64,000 nt of DNA. Origin: Protoeuglena noctilucae. Taxonomy: Eukaryota. The notes beneath the pieces were generated by a model that had not been told where the DNA came from, did no database searches, and was given only the letters and a program-made list of their open reading frames with translations. The position numbers were made by a program, and so were the translations under genes. Shown one piece after another: positions 1 through 12,400 of this stretch. The stretch is from assembly GCA_958009085.1 (NCBI GenBank), contig OY253670.1, forward strand, positions 496,001 through 560,000. Reading direction: 5' to 3'. Numbering within the stretch: the first letter of the stretch is position 1; every line of letters starts with the position of its first letter.

Positions 1-1516
1 ACCGGGTTGGTCGCACCGGGCGAGCGGGCGGGGAGGGGCTGGCTGTGACGCTGGCGTGTCCGGAGGACGAGGGCATTATTCAGGACATACACGAGGCGTT
101 GGGGTGAGCGATGGGGGAGGAGGGGACGTAGGTGGGGGTTTGTTGGTGACGGTGAGGATGAGTTGTGCGGGTGCTGGGGTGTATGAGCGGTGATCATGGC
201 GGACACTACCTCACGCAGTGGTGCCAGTCGCCAGCCCTCGTTGCCCTCGGGCGACGCCGAGAGGGACATGGATGACGAGAAGGGTGGCGATGACATGGGT
301 GTCAGTGATAGGGGCGATGGTGGGGCAGAGAGGGCGGAGGGGCAGAGGCTGCGGCGGGGCGGCTTGCGGCCCTTCCGGAAGCTCAAAAAGGACATTGTGG
401 AGGGATTGAGGTACCGCGCGGAGGACGTGGCGCGGGGCCTGACCAAGAACGTGCTGCGGGAGGCCAGGGTCAGGCGAGAACGTGCTGCGTGGTGCGCGCT
501 GTGCCGTTCGACCAATACGGATCGCAGTAGCCCCGACTCAGGCAATCTTATCCCGAATTTTCAAATCGTGCTGCGCGCAGGGACGTGCGCATCGAGCTGC
601 TCAACTCGGAGCGCCTCCAGTCGCATTTCGACGCCAACCCTCGCGATCGTGAGGTGCTGAGGCACGACAAACCCCTTGCCAAGGGCCCGGGGGCGGCCAA
701 GGCCACGCGGGGCATACCCTCCTACATCCGCCAAAAACCCATGACGCAGGGGGTGAGCTGGGGTGGGGAGGTGGGGGTGACAGAGTGGCTGGGAGCGCTG
801 CTTTGGGAGGCGGGGGTTTGCTCTTAGTTCTTTCTAAGCCCGCGGCTGGCCCGACAACTAAGTGATCGTATCACTCAGTCGATCGGTTAGATAGTACGGT
901 AGTGCGATGTGCAGCCGAGTCGGTCTCACCTGTCGTGCGGAGCGATTCCCGCAGTGCGATGCGGGGAGCGGGGGGGGTGGCAAGGCCGGGGGCCGTGTGG
1001 GGGGCAAGAGGAAGAGGTCGGGAGACGACCCGTTGAAGGCGGGGTTCCTGAAGGTGAGAGTGGGAGTAGATAGGCACTAGGAGATATCTACTCCTGGCAT
1101 CTAGGAGTAGATGCCACTAGTAGGCAGGTCTAGGAGTAGGCAGGTCAGCCTACTCCTAGTACCTGACCTGGTACTAGGAGTCAGGTCAGAACCGGGGTCT
1201 AGGAGTAGGCAGGTCTAGGAGTAGGCATCTAGGAGTAGATATGCAAGTGGCCCAGCATGTCGTATCCTCACGCCACCTCCGCTCCTCGGTTGCGATCTGC
1301 GAGCTCCTCTTTGCTGTGTGCCATGGCACGCCACACGTGCACATTGCCGCGCCGTGTGTCATTGCACGCCACGCATGCATGTTGCCACCGCGTTGCCACG
1401 GCCACCCGCGCTCTCAGGTGGCTCCGAGGGACGAGGGGATGACGCTGATGGAGGCCAGGGCAGCCAAGGTGGCGAGGAAGGAGGAGAAGAAACGGAGAAA
1501 GGCAGGGCGGCGATAG
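1..1516 (+). CDS. DDX56: DEAD-box RNA helicase DDX56/DBP9, 3' part (multi-exon, 5' end outside window)
   Basis: Motif VI (H)RVGRTGRAG at the window start; LRYRAEDVARGLTKNVLREAR; RIELLNSERLQSHFDANPRD..LRHDKPL; DDPLK. Exons include ..473, 581-752, 955-1053 and 1418-1516 (TAG). Intron 474-580 is GC-AG. Confidence 0.9.
1063..1240. repeat. Cluster of direct and inverted CTAGGAGTAG repeats in a DDX56 intron
   Basis: CTAGGAGTAG at 1101, 1130, 1199, 1215 and 1229; reverse complement at 1150-1159. Perfect 12-bp inverted pairs at 1130-1141/1148-1159 and 1152-1163/1170-1181. Confidence 0.85.
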
Positions 1517-2714
1517 CTGCGTGGCTAGGCGCTGATATCAGCGGGTGGCTAAGCGTGGGGGGTGCGAGTGCGGGGCATGGGTCGGGTTTCACACGGGTGC
1601 GAGTACGATCATAGCTTCAAAGAAAAGCTGCCAAAGCTGCCTCCTATTGCTATGAGCTTCACACAAGCGCTGCAGCGAGCAGCTAGGCGCGCGTTGGGAC
1701 CTGGCAAGGAGAGCAAAGTATCCTACAATGCGCTTCATAACAAGGCGAATTACGTCATCTTGAGGACAGAGATAGGCCCAGGGAGGCTGCAAAAGCAAGA
1801 GACGAGGACAAGAGTCAGCGGCTGGCATTGTGTGCATGGTGTGATTATTGGAACCGACGGGGGGTGGTGCTGGCAACTGCACGAGGGTTGTGTGGCACGA
1901 CCAAAGCGTCCGGCTTGGCTGTGTGCTCTGCCCGAACGGGCGGCATGGTGGCTGAGGCTTGGGAGGACCACGATCGTACGAGCCCCGATGGGCTCCGTGG
2001 CGAAGGGCCTCGCGAAACCGGGACGCTGGCAGGGACTGGCGCCCGCAAAACGTCAGACGGGGCGCCAGAGGCCTGGGCCATGCAGGCTAGCTATTGGGAG
2101 CGGAAACTGAGGATCAACGAGAAAGGAGGGGTGACGCATTTCTGTGTTGAGCGTCCGGGTAGAGAGGAAACGGGTAGCGATGCCCGCGATTGGCGACGCG
2201 GGCGGTGCTGCGAGCAGGCCGACTGTGCGGGGGTGCGTGAGGGGTTGGGCGCCCGCCAACACGGGCGCTCCGAACCCTGACACCTCCGCGGCCCACTAAA
2301 GGTGAGAAAAGGGGTCCCGCTTGCAACACGATGATGATGTCGCGAAAAGGCCTTGGCAAAGGCGCAGTGGTGGCGGGCACACGGCATGTGCATGTGGCGT
2401 GCTTGCAGGAACACGAGACAGGGCCTGGGGTATGCAAGCGCACGGGGTGTGCCAATGGCATGCGCGCGGGAGTGTGCGAGGCCACGGGTGGGTGTGCGCA
2501 CACGGGTGAAGGCAGGTGGGTGTGCACGAGTGCATGGCTGGGCTCTGAGACAGTGCAGGGGCCATGCGGGGCAGCGTGGGCCATCTGGCTGCGGCCGGCG
2601 CGGCGTGGAAAGAGAGAAGACCGCGACCGCGCTCGTCATGCGGTGGTGGGAGCCGGGTTGCGACAATCGCGTGCGTCGCACACCACCCGAGCGCGCAATG
2701 GCCGTCAGTGCGCC

Positions 2715-5267
2715 TCATGGCCGGTGCGGGGCCTGCAGATCATCGAACCAATCGGCGGACCCCGGCACGAGGATGCGTGGTGTCCCGGCAGATGTGGGGG
2801 CGTGGGGTCCCGCGGTGCCCGGGGGCGGGCACGAGGTGGGGGCGAGGCCAGAGCCGAGGACGGTGCCGGAGAGCGCCGGAAGCTGCGCGACCAGGGCCGT
2901 GGGGTCCATTGGCGAGCTCGCATGGGGCGCATAGGCTCCGAGGCGCGTGGCAGGTGGGGGCGCTGGGACGGCGGTGTCGCTCGGGGCGGCCCTGCGTGCG
3001 CAAAGAGCGTTTTGGGGTGGTGGGAGGTGGCTATGGCCAGCTGCGGGGTGGCTACAAGGCGCGCCTGCCCTGCGTGGGGCCGGCTGGGCTAGCAAACGCG
3101 TCAAGTCGAGCGCAACATCGCACAACCACGACCGTCACTAGCGCTACCATTGGGCGTTCACGGCAGCAGGCGCGCGGACGCCGCCGCTTACCCTCCCACT
3201 CCCGCCCCCACTCCCACGCGCAGCGCTTGCAGGCCAGCGACCAGGGCGTCGTCCGTTGCCTGCGACGGCGGGGCGGGGATGGGGTGGTTGTGAGCGTTTG
3301 ACGGCGCTCCCGAGCCGATCCCTGGTTGTTTGTTGTCGAGGACAATTCACTAGAGATACTATGTCACGTAAGGACAGGAGACCAACGAGCATTGGTCTGC
3401 CCTGGCTGCGTGATATTCGTAACATGGCGTGCGTGACCGTGTCTCACCGCAGCGCGCGCTGCCTCGAGCATCCCGTGCGTCACCGCGTGCCATGCGCCAG
3501 AGTTGACGGCGGAGAGTGCCAGGGCAGGGACGTTGGTGACAGGCACAGGAGTGTGTAAAGCGGCGGGGACAGACAGCGATGGGTGCGTCCCTTGGGCCAG
3601 CGACTGCGGGGATGAGGGAGCACGCCGTGAGCTGAAGCGATGCCTGCGTCACGTATTTGGCATGTAATTGCACGGTATAGCAACAAGGTGCTCCTGTCGA
3701 GTGGCTGAGCACCCTGGCGTCCGCGCGTGGCTGACGCTGTGCTAGCACTGATAAGCAGCTTGCAGGCAGCTGCCACTCGCCTGCATCACCAGCATCTGCT
3801 GCGCCAGGTCGAGTCCTCCCTGGGGCGCCACGCCCGGGAAGTAGGCCGGGAATGCGACGTAGGGCTGCAGGGACCCTGGGATGCCTCCCGGCAGTGCGGG
3901 TACCGCCGTCAGTCCGCCCATGCCGACCAGGGTGCGTGGTCCGACCATCCCGGGCACCACCGCCGGGTGCAAGGGCGGCACAGGTACCCCTAGCGGTATG
4001 CTGAAGCCGCTGGGGGAGTGCGGAGCAGACCAGGGGAGGCGCGGGCGGCGGGCGGGCTGCGGGGCAGGGCGACGGAGTGGTAGGTGTGTGCGCGATGCAC
4101 GTGGTGCGGGCAGGCAACACGCACATACAGCTTCGCAGGGCAGCGGCATACAACTCGGTCTGGTCGCCTGCAGCCGCTGCTTGCAGCCCTGTGCAACGCA
4201 GCGCATTGTATGATGCCCATACGGCGGCAGGTGACATGGCGAGCATGCGACCGGCAGGCACGCGGCTTCAGCGCTCGCCTTGGGGGGCTTGGGCTGGTGT
4301 CGGTTGCGCGCAAAGCGCACGAGGAGAGGCTCGGCGCACCCGGGCGGCATGCTGCCATGGAGTGCGTCGCGTGCTGCTGTTGCGTCCGGCACAGACCCCA
4401 TTTGCACCATGGCGGTGGTGACCGAGGCCCCGCCGCCCGGGGGTGTGAGGATGCGCAGGTGCCGGACGGAGCCATAGGTCTGGAACAGGTCAGTGAGCTG
4501 CTTGTCGGACCATGAGGAGGGCACGCCCTTGACGTAGAGATTGTCGTTGGGTCCCGCGTCCGAGCCAGCGCCGTGCCGGTCCGCCTGGCGACCCCCGACA
4601 GGGTCGCATGCCGCCGCACGCACGCTCAGCTTCTTGCCGCTCACGACGCGGCCGTCCAGGACCCTCAGAGCCTCCGCGGCAGCCTGCGGCGAGGAGGGTG
4701 CCGGGTGCAGGTGAACGCTTGGGGAGTGCACAGATGGGTTTGGCTCATCTACATCGCACCATCGTCCACGCATACCACAACACGCCACATCACACCACAC
4801 CCCACCGCACACGCACCTCTGGGCTGTCCATGTTGACGAAGCCGTACCCCCGAGAGCGCCCTGTCCGCAGCTCCCTGGCAATCAGCGTGCTCCTGACTGT
4901 CCCGAAAGCCCCGAAGAGCTCTTGCAAAGTGGCTTCTGTCCATTGCGGCGGAATGGACCCCACGAACAGGTTGGCTTTGGCGGCAGAATCGTCGGGCATC
5001 TCGTCCAGGGTAGCCGCGGGGGCGGGTGGTCCTGCGGCCAGGGGGCAGGTTGAAGCGATGCGTGCCCGAATTCGGGAGCGTGATGCACGATACGCTGGGA
5101 GAGCAAAGAGAGAGCGGGTAGGCGACGCGGGCAGGGCTGGGCTCGCCTGATGGCCCTGGTTCTGGCCGTGGAGGAAGCACGTTCTGTCCCGGCGCTTCTC
5201 GGGCCTCTGCAGGCTCGCCGCCCAGCGCCCTCATCTGTCCGCCTTCACTCCCGCCCAACGCTGACAT
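2715..5267 (-). CDS. RNA-binding protein with two RRM domains (ELAV/Hu-like) and a low-complexity C-terminus
   Basis: RRM1 has NLFVGSIP...RSRGYGFVNM (4817-5031); RRM2 has NLYVKGVPSSW...TAMVQM...PLLVRFA. ATG at 5267 with a phase-compatible GC-AG intron at 5146-5032. The 3' exons down to 2715 are modelled on splice phase only and are less certain. Confidence 0.8.
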
Positions 5268-6425
5268 GTCATCGCTGCGGGCGCGCGCGATGGGCGGCGT
5301 GAATGCGGGTTGGTCCGAGCCCTCGGAAAGGGATCGAAGCGCGGAGCAACGATGACGTGCGTGCACGACATTGAAAATTAAAGCTCCTGCAGCTGCGAAG
5401 GGCGGCCGGGAGCACAGGGCGGGGCCGCACGCTGCCCCGCGCCCCTGGACCGCCACTGCCCCATTCGCGCCCTCCCGAGCGAAGCAAAGGAGCGCCCTCC
5501 GTGCAATCATCCACAATGTAGCCAGCCGCATCAGAAATCTCGGCGATGGCGCCGCTCCTGCGAGCCGCCAGCCAAAACCAGCGCCAGCGGAGCGGGCGGG
5601 GACGGAGCGGGCGGCCGGCGGTCGCTGATGGGATCATATCAACATTTTAAGCAACGCGACCTTGTCTCGGGGGCAGGGGTGTACATGATGCTATGTATGA
5701 TGCCATGCGCGCGGCCAGCCAGGGGAAAGCGAGGCCGTGAGTGTGACGCGCGTCACGTGAAGTATGGCCCACACATTCGCGGAAACAGGGGCCAGAGGAG
5801 CTGTCGGAAAAGACCCTCGCCTTCTCTGGTCCCCATCGCCCGGCAGGCGATCCGCCATCGCCCAGCGCACGGGCCCCGCGCAAAGCTCGGCTCACAGAAG
5901 GACCCCGCCGCGCTTCAAGCGATCCCAGAGTTGTGCTGACTGCCCGAAAAGGTGTCCAGCTGTCTTGGCGGTATTCGCCCGTTGGCCGCCAACAGCTCGC
6001 GCACAATGGCTCACTGGGCGTGAGGTTGGACCCCAATGGCCAGCTGTCGGTTTTTTGCCGGGACAGATAAAAGTTTTGAGGACGAACGTCCGACCTGCTC
6101 TGGGGGCGTATTGAGCTGTCTGATGTTTGCGAGCAAAAGTTGCGGCAGTGGGGTCGGCAGGCGGCCGAAAAGGCGGCCTGGTTGCGTCGACCTGCGCTGG
6201 TCAGAACAGGGTGCTCGGGAGGCGTTTCAAGCCCAGCAGCATTCGCGCTCCCCGCGTCTGGGCATCCCGCTCAATCGACGCTCCCCAAAACCGCAGAGCA
6301 GCAAGCCCTCTCGCCGTCCTCCCGTCTCGGTGGAGACGGCATCAACGCATTTGTTCGAGCCTGCGGCAGCCCCGCGACCTCCCATTGCGCCGCTGTCGTG
6401 GGAGTGAACGTCACACCATCTTAGG

Positions 6426-9400
6426 ATGTCAAACATCCTCAGCCCGAGGTGAGATAGGGCAGGGATGCGAGGCGGGGGGCCACGGCCATCGAGGAGTGTC
6501 CTGGACGTCACGGTTCTCCCAGCTGAAAAGGATTCATGCCCCGGCGAGGGGTCCGCGCGACGGGTGGTCACGGTTCATTCGCGGTTGCCTGATGATTCGG
6601 CAGGGGAAAGCCCTGGGTCGCCGCGCGATCCGCAGCATGCGACAGGGCTGGGTCCGTGGGGCCCTGCTGCTCCCGCAGCGCGCGAGAACCGCCCGGGCCA
6701 TCCGCGGTTGTTGCGAGAGAAATTTTCGTCCCTGTCGTGGGCGCCGTGACGCCAGTCCTGCCCCCGTGCGCGCAGGCACGTGTTTGGGCTCAAGGGGGAT
6801 GTCACGAGCAACGTTTTCCACCTGGACGACAACACAATCATTTACCCCGCGGGCAACTTCATCGTGGTGTACAGCATCGACTCCAAGACGCAGAGCCTCA
6901 TTCCGTGCTCCCCGGTGAGCGCCCCATTCAAGAAGCCCTGTCCGCGCGCCCTGGCCTGTCCATGTCATTGAGAAGCTTCCTCGCGACGCTCTTTGTATCG
7001 TCGAGGACCCTCCGGACCCGTCCCCGCCCCGCCCGGTCCGCAGGACTCGATCGGCATCACGGCGATGGCGCTGTCGCGCAGCCGCAAGTTCCTCGCCGTG
7101 GCGGAGCAGTCGGACAAGGCGATGATTTCGATTATCGAGCTCCAGGGTCACGCCAACAAGCGCCGCAGCAAGCCCCTCGTCACGTCCGAAGCGCAGTCGT
7201 CGCGCTATGTGTCGCTCGCATGGTCGCCCAACGACGACTGGTTGGTCGCGCAGGGCGCCGAGCCGGAGTGGAAGCTCGTGCTGTGGCGATCCCCGGCCCT
7301 CCAGAGGTCCCAGGCGAGGGCGCGCGAGGCGGAGGGCCGTGCGTAACGTAGCGGCACATGCGCGACCGCACACCGACATGCGGCCGGCCGATGTCACACC
7401 CTTTTTACCCCCCTCGCCCGGCCCCCCAGGTCATGTTTTCTGACAAGGTGCTGAGCAACAACCAGGGCGAGGCCTACCAGTGCCTGTTCCACCCCGTGAA
7501 CGGGGAGACTGTGACGGTAATCGGTGCGTCGGTCAACAGGGTGCTGCGCCTGGCCGACGAGCGCGAGGGGCTGCTCAAGCCCGCCAGCTACGGCATGGGC
7601 AAGGCCGCGGAGTCTCAGGCCAAGTCCCTCACCTGCCACTGCTGGCTGATCGACGGCGACATGAGCCGCATGCTGCTGGGGACGGAGCTGGGCGAGGTGT
7701 ACGTGCTGGACTACGACCGCAACTGGGAGCCCATCCGCGTGCTCAACTGCCCCGAGGGCGTGGGCGCCACGAGCATCGCGGCCTACAACAACGGGAAGGC
7801 GTTTGCGGTGGGCGGGACGCAGGGCACGGTGGCGTTCTTCGCGGCGCAGGATAACGAGAAGGAGCCGTATCGCATGGTGCGATCGGTGCAGATCAAGGGG
7901 GAGACCGGGTCGGTGCGGGCCATCAGCGTGTCGCCTTCGGAAGAGTCGCTCGTGCTGTCCACCTCCACCAACCAGCTCTGGGTGCTCGAGTTCAGCAACG
8001 CCGAGCTGGCTTCTAAAGCTGACGAGGCTCCCTCGAAGCTTTTAGTTGCTGCCTTCCACAGCGGGGAGGTCACGGGGCTGGACACGTGCGTGCGCAAGCC
8101 CCTCCTCGTTTCGTGCTCTGGCACCCCCGAGGACTCTTCCATCAAGATGTGGAACTATTTAGAGAGGACCTGCGAGCTGTCCGTGCGGTTCGAGGAACAG
8201 CCCCTGTGCGTGTCCCTCCACCCCACGGGATACGTGCTGCTGGCCGGGTTCACAGGTGAAGGGGTATGCTGAGCTGGGGTGGGCTGGGGTGATGATTGAG
8301 TGATTGTGCGAGGATGTTGACCGCGCAGTCTTGCATTTCCTCTTCCATCACTACTACCCACTGCTGCCCATCTTCCTCACCCCACCCGCACCCATTGCCC
8401 CACCCATCCCACTGCCCCTGCCCCTCCCTGTTCCCCAGACAAGCTCCGTTTAATGACGGTGCTGATGGACGATTTGAAGCCGGTGCGGGAGTACCCCGTG
8501 AAGGGATGCCGCGAGTGCCGCTTCTCCACGGGCGGCCAGTTCTTCGCAGCGACCGACCCGACCAACCACACGGTCAAGGTGTGGGCTACGTTCTCGGGAG
8601 AGCAGGTGGCCGAGCTGAGTCGCCACGCGAATAAGGTCTGGAGTATTCAGTGGAACGCGGAGGACACGAAGCTGGTCACGTGCTCGAGCGACGGGATCGT
8701 GATTGAGTGGGACATGCGGGGGTATCGCCCGTTGCGCCTGCACCAGACGCGCGGCATCTACTACACCTCGGCGGTGTTTGGGCTCGACGCCAAGACGCTC
8801 ATGGCCGCGGGGGGGGACAAGGGGATTAAGGAGCTGGGTGAGCGGCGGGGCAGGGCGGGTGGGGTTGCGAGGGGGGTGCTGGGGTGCGAGTGATGGTGTG
8901 GGTGGTGAGCAAGCAGGGATCAGGGCAGGGAGCAGGGGAGGGACGGAGGGGTGGAAATCGTGTGACCGTGTCACCCTAGTCATGCAACTTGCTTACCCTC
9001 ACCCTCACCCACCCACGCCATCATCCTCACCCACCCGTCTCATCCACCCCAAGACCCTTAACCCCTCACCCTCACCCCCAGGCGAGGACGGCGACGTCCT
9101 CCGCCACGCTTTCCAGGAGGAGGAGTTCTCTCAGATCGTCCTGGCAGATTCTGGCAAGATGGTGTTTGGTGCCACCGAGTCAGGCATCGTGAAGGCGCTC
9201 AAGCTGCCGCTCACGGGGGAGGTCGTTGCGCCGCCCATCAAGGCCCACGCCATCGTGGCGGGGAGCCAGAACTACTGGTGAGGCACATAGTCATGTAGCT
9301 GACTGTGTCAGTAATGCGGTGATGGGTCGGTGATGGCTCGTGAGAAGGGTCTGCTGTGGCGGGTAGCCAGAACTACTGGTGAGGCGAATACAGACATATA

Positions 9401-12400
9401 TAACAGGGACTAACACACTGCCGGTGGTTGTTGATGACGAACAGTTGATTGAGTGCCGGTGAGCGCCATGACAACCCACGTCTCACCCCTGCACCCCACC
9501 CCTCCCGCCCCTCACCTCCCACCCCACCCACCCCACCCCACCCCACCCCATCCCACCCCACCCCACCCCACGCCCCCCGCAGCGTCTCCCGGATGATCCT
9601 GGGCGACTCCGGGTCCCTCTGCGTCACGGCGGGCCACGACGGCAGCCTGGTGGTCTTTTCGGTGAACCGAGACCGTGACGCGAATGCCGACAAGGGCGGG
9701 GAGCGCGGCAGGGAGGCCATGCCCCTGGCGGAGGAGGTGTTGGTGACGAAGGTGGATTTGGAGGAGAAGAGGCGGAACATGCTGGAATTGGAGCAGCGCG
9801 TGTCGGACAACCAGTCCAAGTACGAGTGGGAAATGACGCTGGTGAGATGGGGGCAGGAGAGGGGGTGGTGAGATGGTTGACGAACCAATGATATTGGTCT
9901 GTTGATGCGGGTGAGATGAACGAGGGATGGTAGTGCTATCGTTTAACACACTTCGTATGCCATACCCATCCTCTATCCACAACTGCAGAACAAGATGCAG
10001 GAGGAGATCCACAAGCTGACTGTCACACAATATTAACTATAATATATATAACTATATATATTCCCCACTCTCCCTCCCCAGTTGGAGAACAAGATGCAGG
10101 AGGAGATCCACAAGCTGACGTCGAAGTTCACGGACGAGCTGGAGAAGGACCGCCGCAACTACGCCAAGCTGTCGAGCGAGAAGGGGGAGATGGAGACCAT
10201 GTACGACGACAAGATACGCGCCGCGGAGCAGCAGCAGAGGACGGAGCTGCAGACGCTCGAGGCGCAGTACCAGGCGAGGGATGGGAGATGGAGATGCAAT
10301 GAGTGGATGTAACGTGTATTAGTGGTCTGGTAGTAACCAGTGCAGCAGCAGAGGACGGAGCTGTAGTGCTTAGAAGTAGGGCGAGTGGATCCTTCATCAC
10401 CCACCGTCACCCACGCCGCTCCCTCGTCACTCCCTCATTTCTCACTGTCACTTGCGCCCCTCTCATCCTGCCCACCCACCTTATCAATCTCCCTCCCTCG
10501 CCTCCAGGAGAAGATCCAGCTGGAGGCGCAGCGGTACCAGGAGCTGGTGCAGGAGATGGAGCGGATGAAGGAGCAGTACGAAGAGAGCGACACCTTCCTG
10601 CACGATAGCCACCAGCGAAAGATGGAGGAGCTGGCCGAGGAGTACAACAAGCAGCTCAGGCGAGAGAGGGAGAGATATCAATGATATGGAGAGCGGAAGA
10701 GGGCGACGCGCCGCGCCGGGGGAGGCCGCGGGGGCGAGGGGCGGGTGCTGGCAAGCCCGAGTCGCGCGTCCGGGACGCCAGAGCGCGTCCCTCGCGCGCC
10801 GTATCGATGATTTGATGTTTAACGCGTGTATTTCGCGTATATTCTTTCCGCAGAGAGGAGCAGGAGCGCAGCGACCGCCTGGAGCAGCAGAAGCAGGAGA
10901 TGGCCCGGGAATACGAGGAGATGCGGCAGCTGATGGAGGAGGACGCGGATCGCGAGATCGAGGACCTCACGCACTACTACAAGGTGGCTCTGGCGCGGGA
11001 GCGGGAGGACGCAGCGGGGCTTTCGGTCAAGAACACGAGCATGAACCAGACCCGGGAGGAGCTGGAGCAGAAGATCGGTGAGAGGACGTATGAATTGAGA
11101 TGTATCGATGCTTGCAGGTTAAGGTTCGGGCGCTGCGCTATGTGTACTGTATAGGCCTTACAGCGTGCCGCAATCGTGCGCAGCGTGACCCATCTGCGCT
11201 GTGTTGATTGCTTGGTTGTCACTTGCTTGTCTTCCGTTGCACCCGCAGACAAGCTGAAGCAGCAGATCCGGAGCCTGTTTAGCGAGGAGAAGCAGCAGTA
11301 CAACCAGATCCAGGCACACGAGAAGGACAAGGAGACGCTGAGGAAGGAGATGAGGGAGAGGGAGGAGACCATCGCGGAGGTGAGGGGATGTGGGTGAATG
11401 TGAGGGTGAGGGTGTAGTAGTGGGGGTGGCAGTAAGGGTGGCAGTGGGGGTGGGGGTAGCGGTGGCAGTGAGGTCACACTCCACCATAACACCTCAACCG
11501 TTGCCACTCGCTCGTCACCTTCCTGTTGTTACTCGGTCACACCAGCACTCGCTCATCCCTCACCCTCACTGTCCCCATCCCTCACCCTCACCCTCACCCT
11601 CACTCTCACCGTCCCCATCCCTCACCGTCCCACCCCTCCCTCACATCTCCCCAGAAGGAGAAGCGCATCTACGATTTGAAGAAGAAGAATCAGGAGCTTG
11701 AGAAGTTCAAATGGATGCTCGACTACAAGATCAAGGACCTGCGAACGATGATTGAGCCGCGCGAGGCGGAGATCGGGGCCATGAAGGAGCAAGTGAAGGA
11801 AATGGACCTGGAGCTGGAGGTGGGGGGATTTGAACGTGATGAGAGTGTTAGTGAGATGATGGGGTTTGAGTGACATGAGGGGCCATGAAGGAGCAGGTCA
11901 AGGAGATGGATGGACTGCCTTTGCATATCCCCTGGCCCCTGACCCCCCTGCCCCTTCCCCCCTCCCCCGCAGCGTTACCAGAAGCAGAACGCCAGCCTGG
12001 AGCTGACCATCTCCGAGCTTAAGCTGAGGATGCAGGCGCTGCAGGGGGAGCAACAGGCACAGGTGCGCGGGATGCCATGCCATGGATGCTGTCACTGTGC
12101 ATGCCGCCACAGCACTCCTGCGGCCAATCTGCTACTGCAACTCAAACTATTGATACGCACTGCGCATCACGCGCCGCGATCGCACGACTGCCGCAAATTT
12201 GCTTAGTGCTTCCACGGCACATATGCTGCCATTGCGCCCAATCCTCTCTGACATGTCGCCTCTCCCATACAACCCCCCCACGGTCTCTGACTTTTCACCT
12301 CCCCCCCTCCCCCCCCCCCCCCCCAGGGCACGCGGCTGGACGCAACCGGCCAGGTCATCCGTCGCTTCCAGCGCGACCTCTTCAACGCAGTACAAGCACT

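Noticed and set aside
1063..1240. CRISPR-like repeat array
   Set aside because: Repeats are only 10 bp, occur in both orientations, lack regular unique spacers, and sit in a eukaryotic intron with no cas genes.
1560..2700. Overlapping ORFs between DDX56 and the RRM gene
   Set aside because: No recognisable protein motifs or consistent splice model; probably 3' UTRs or intergenic DNA with GCAC/GTGC-rich low complexity.
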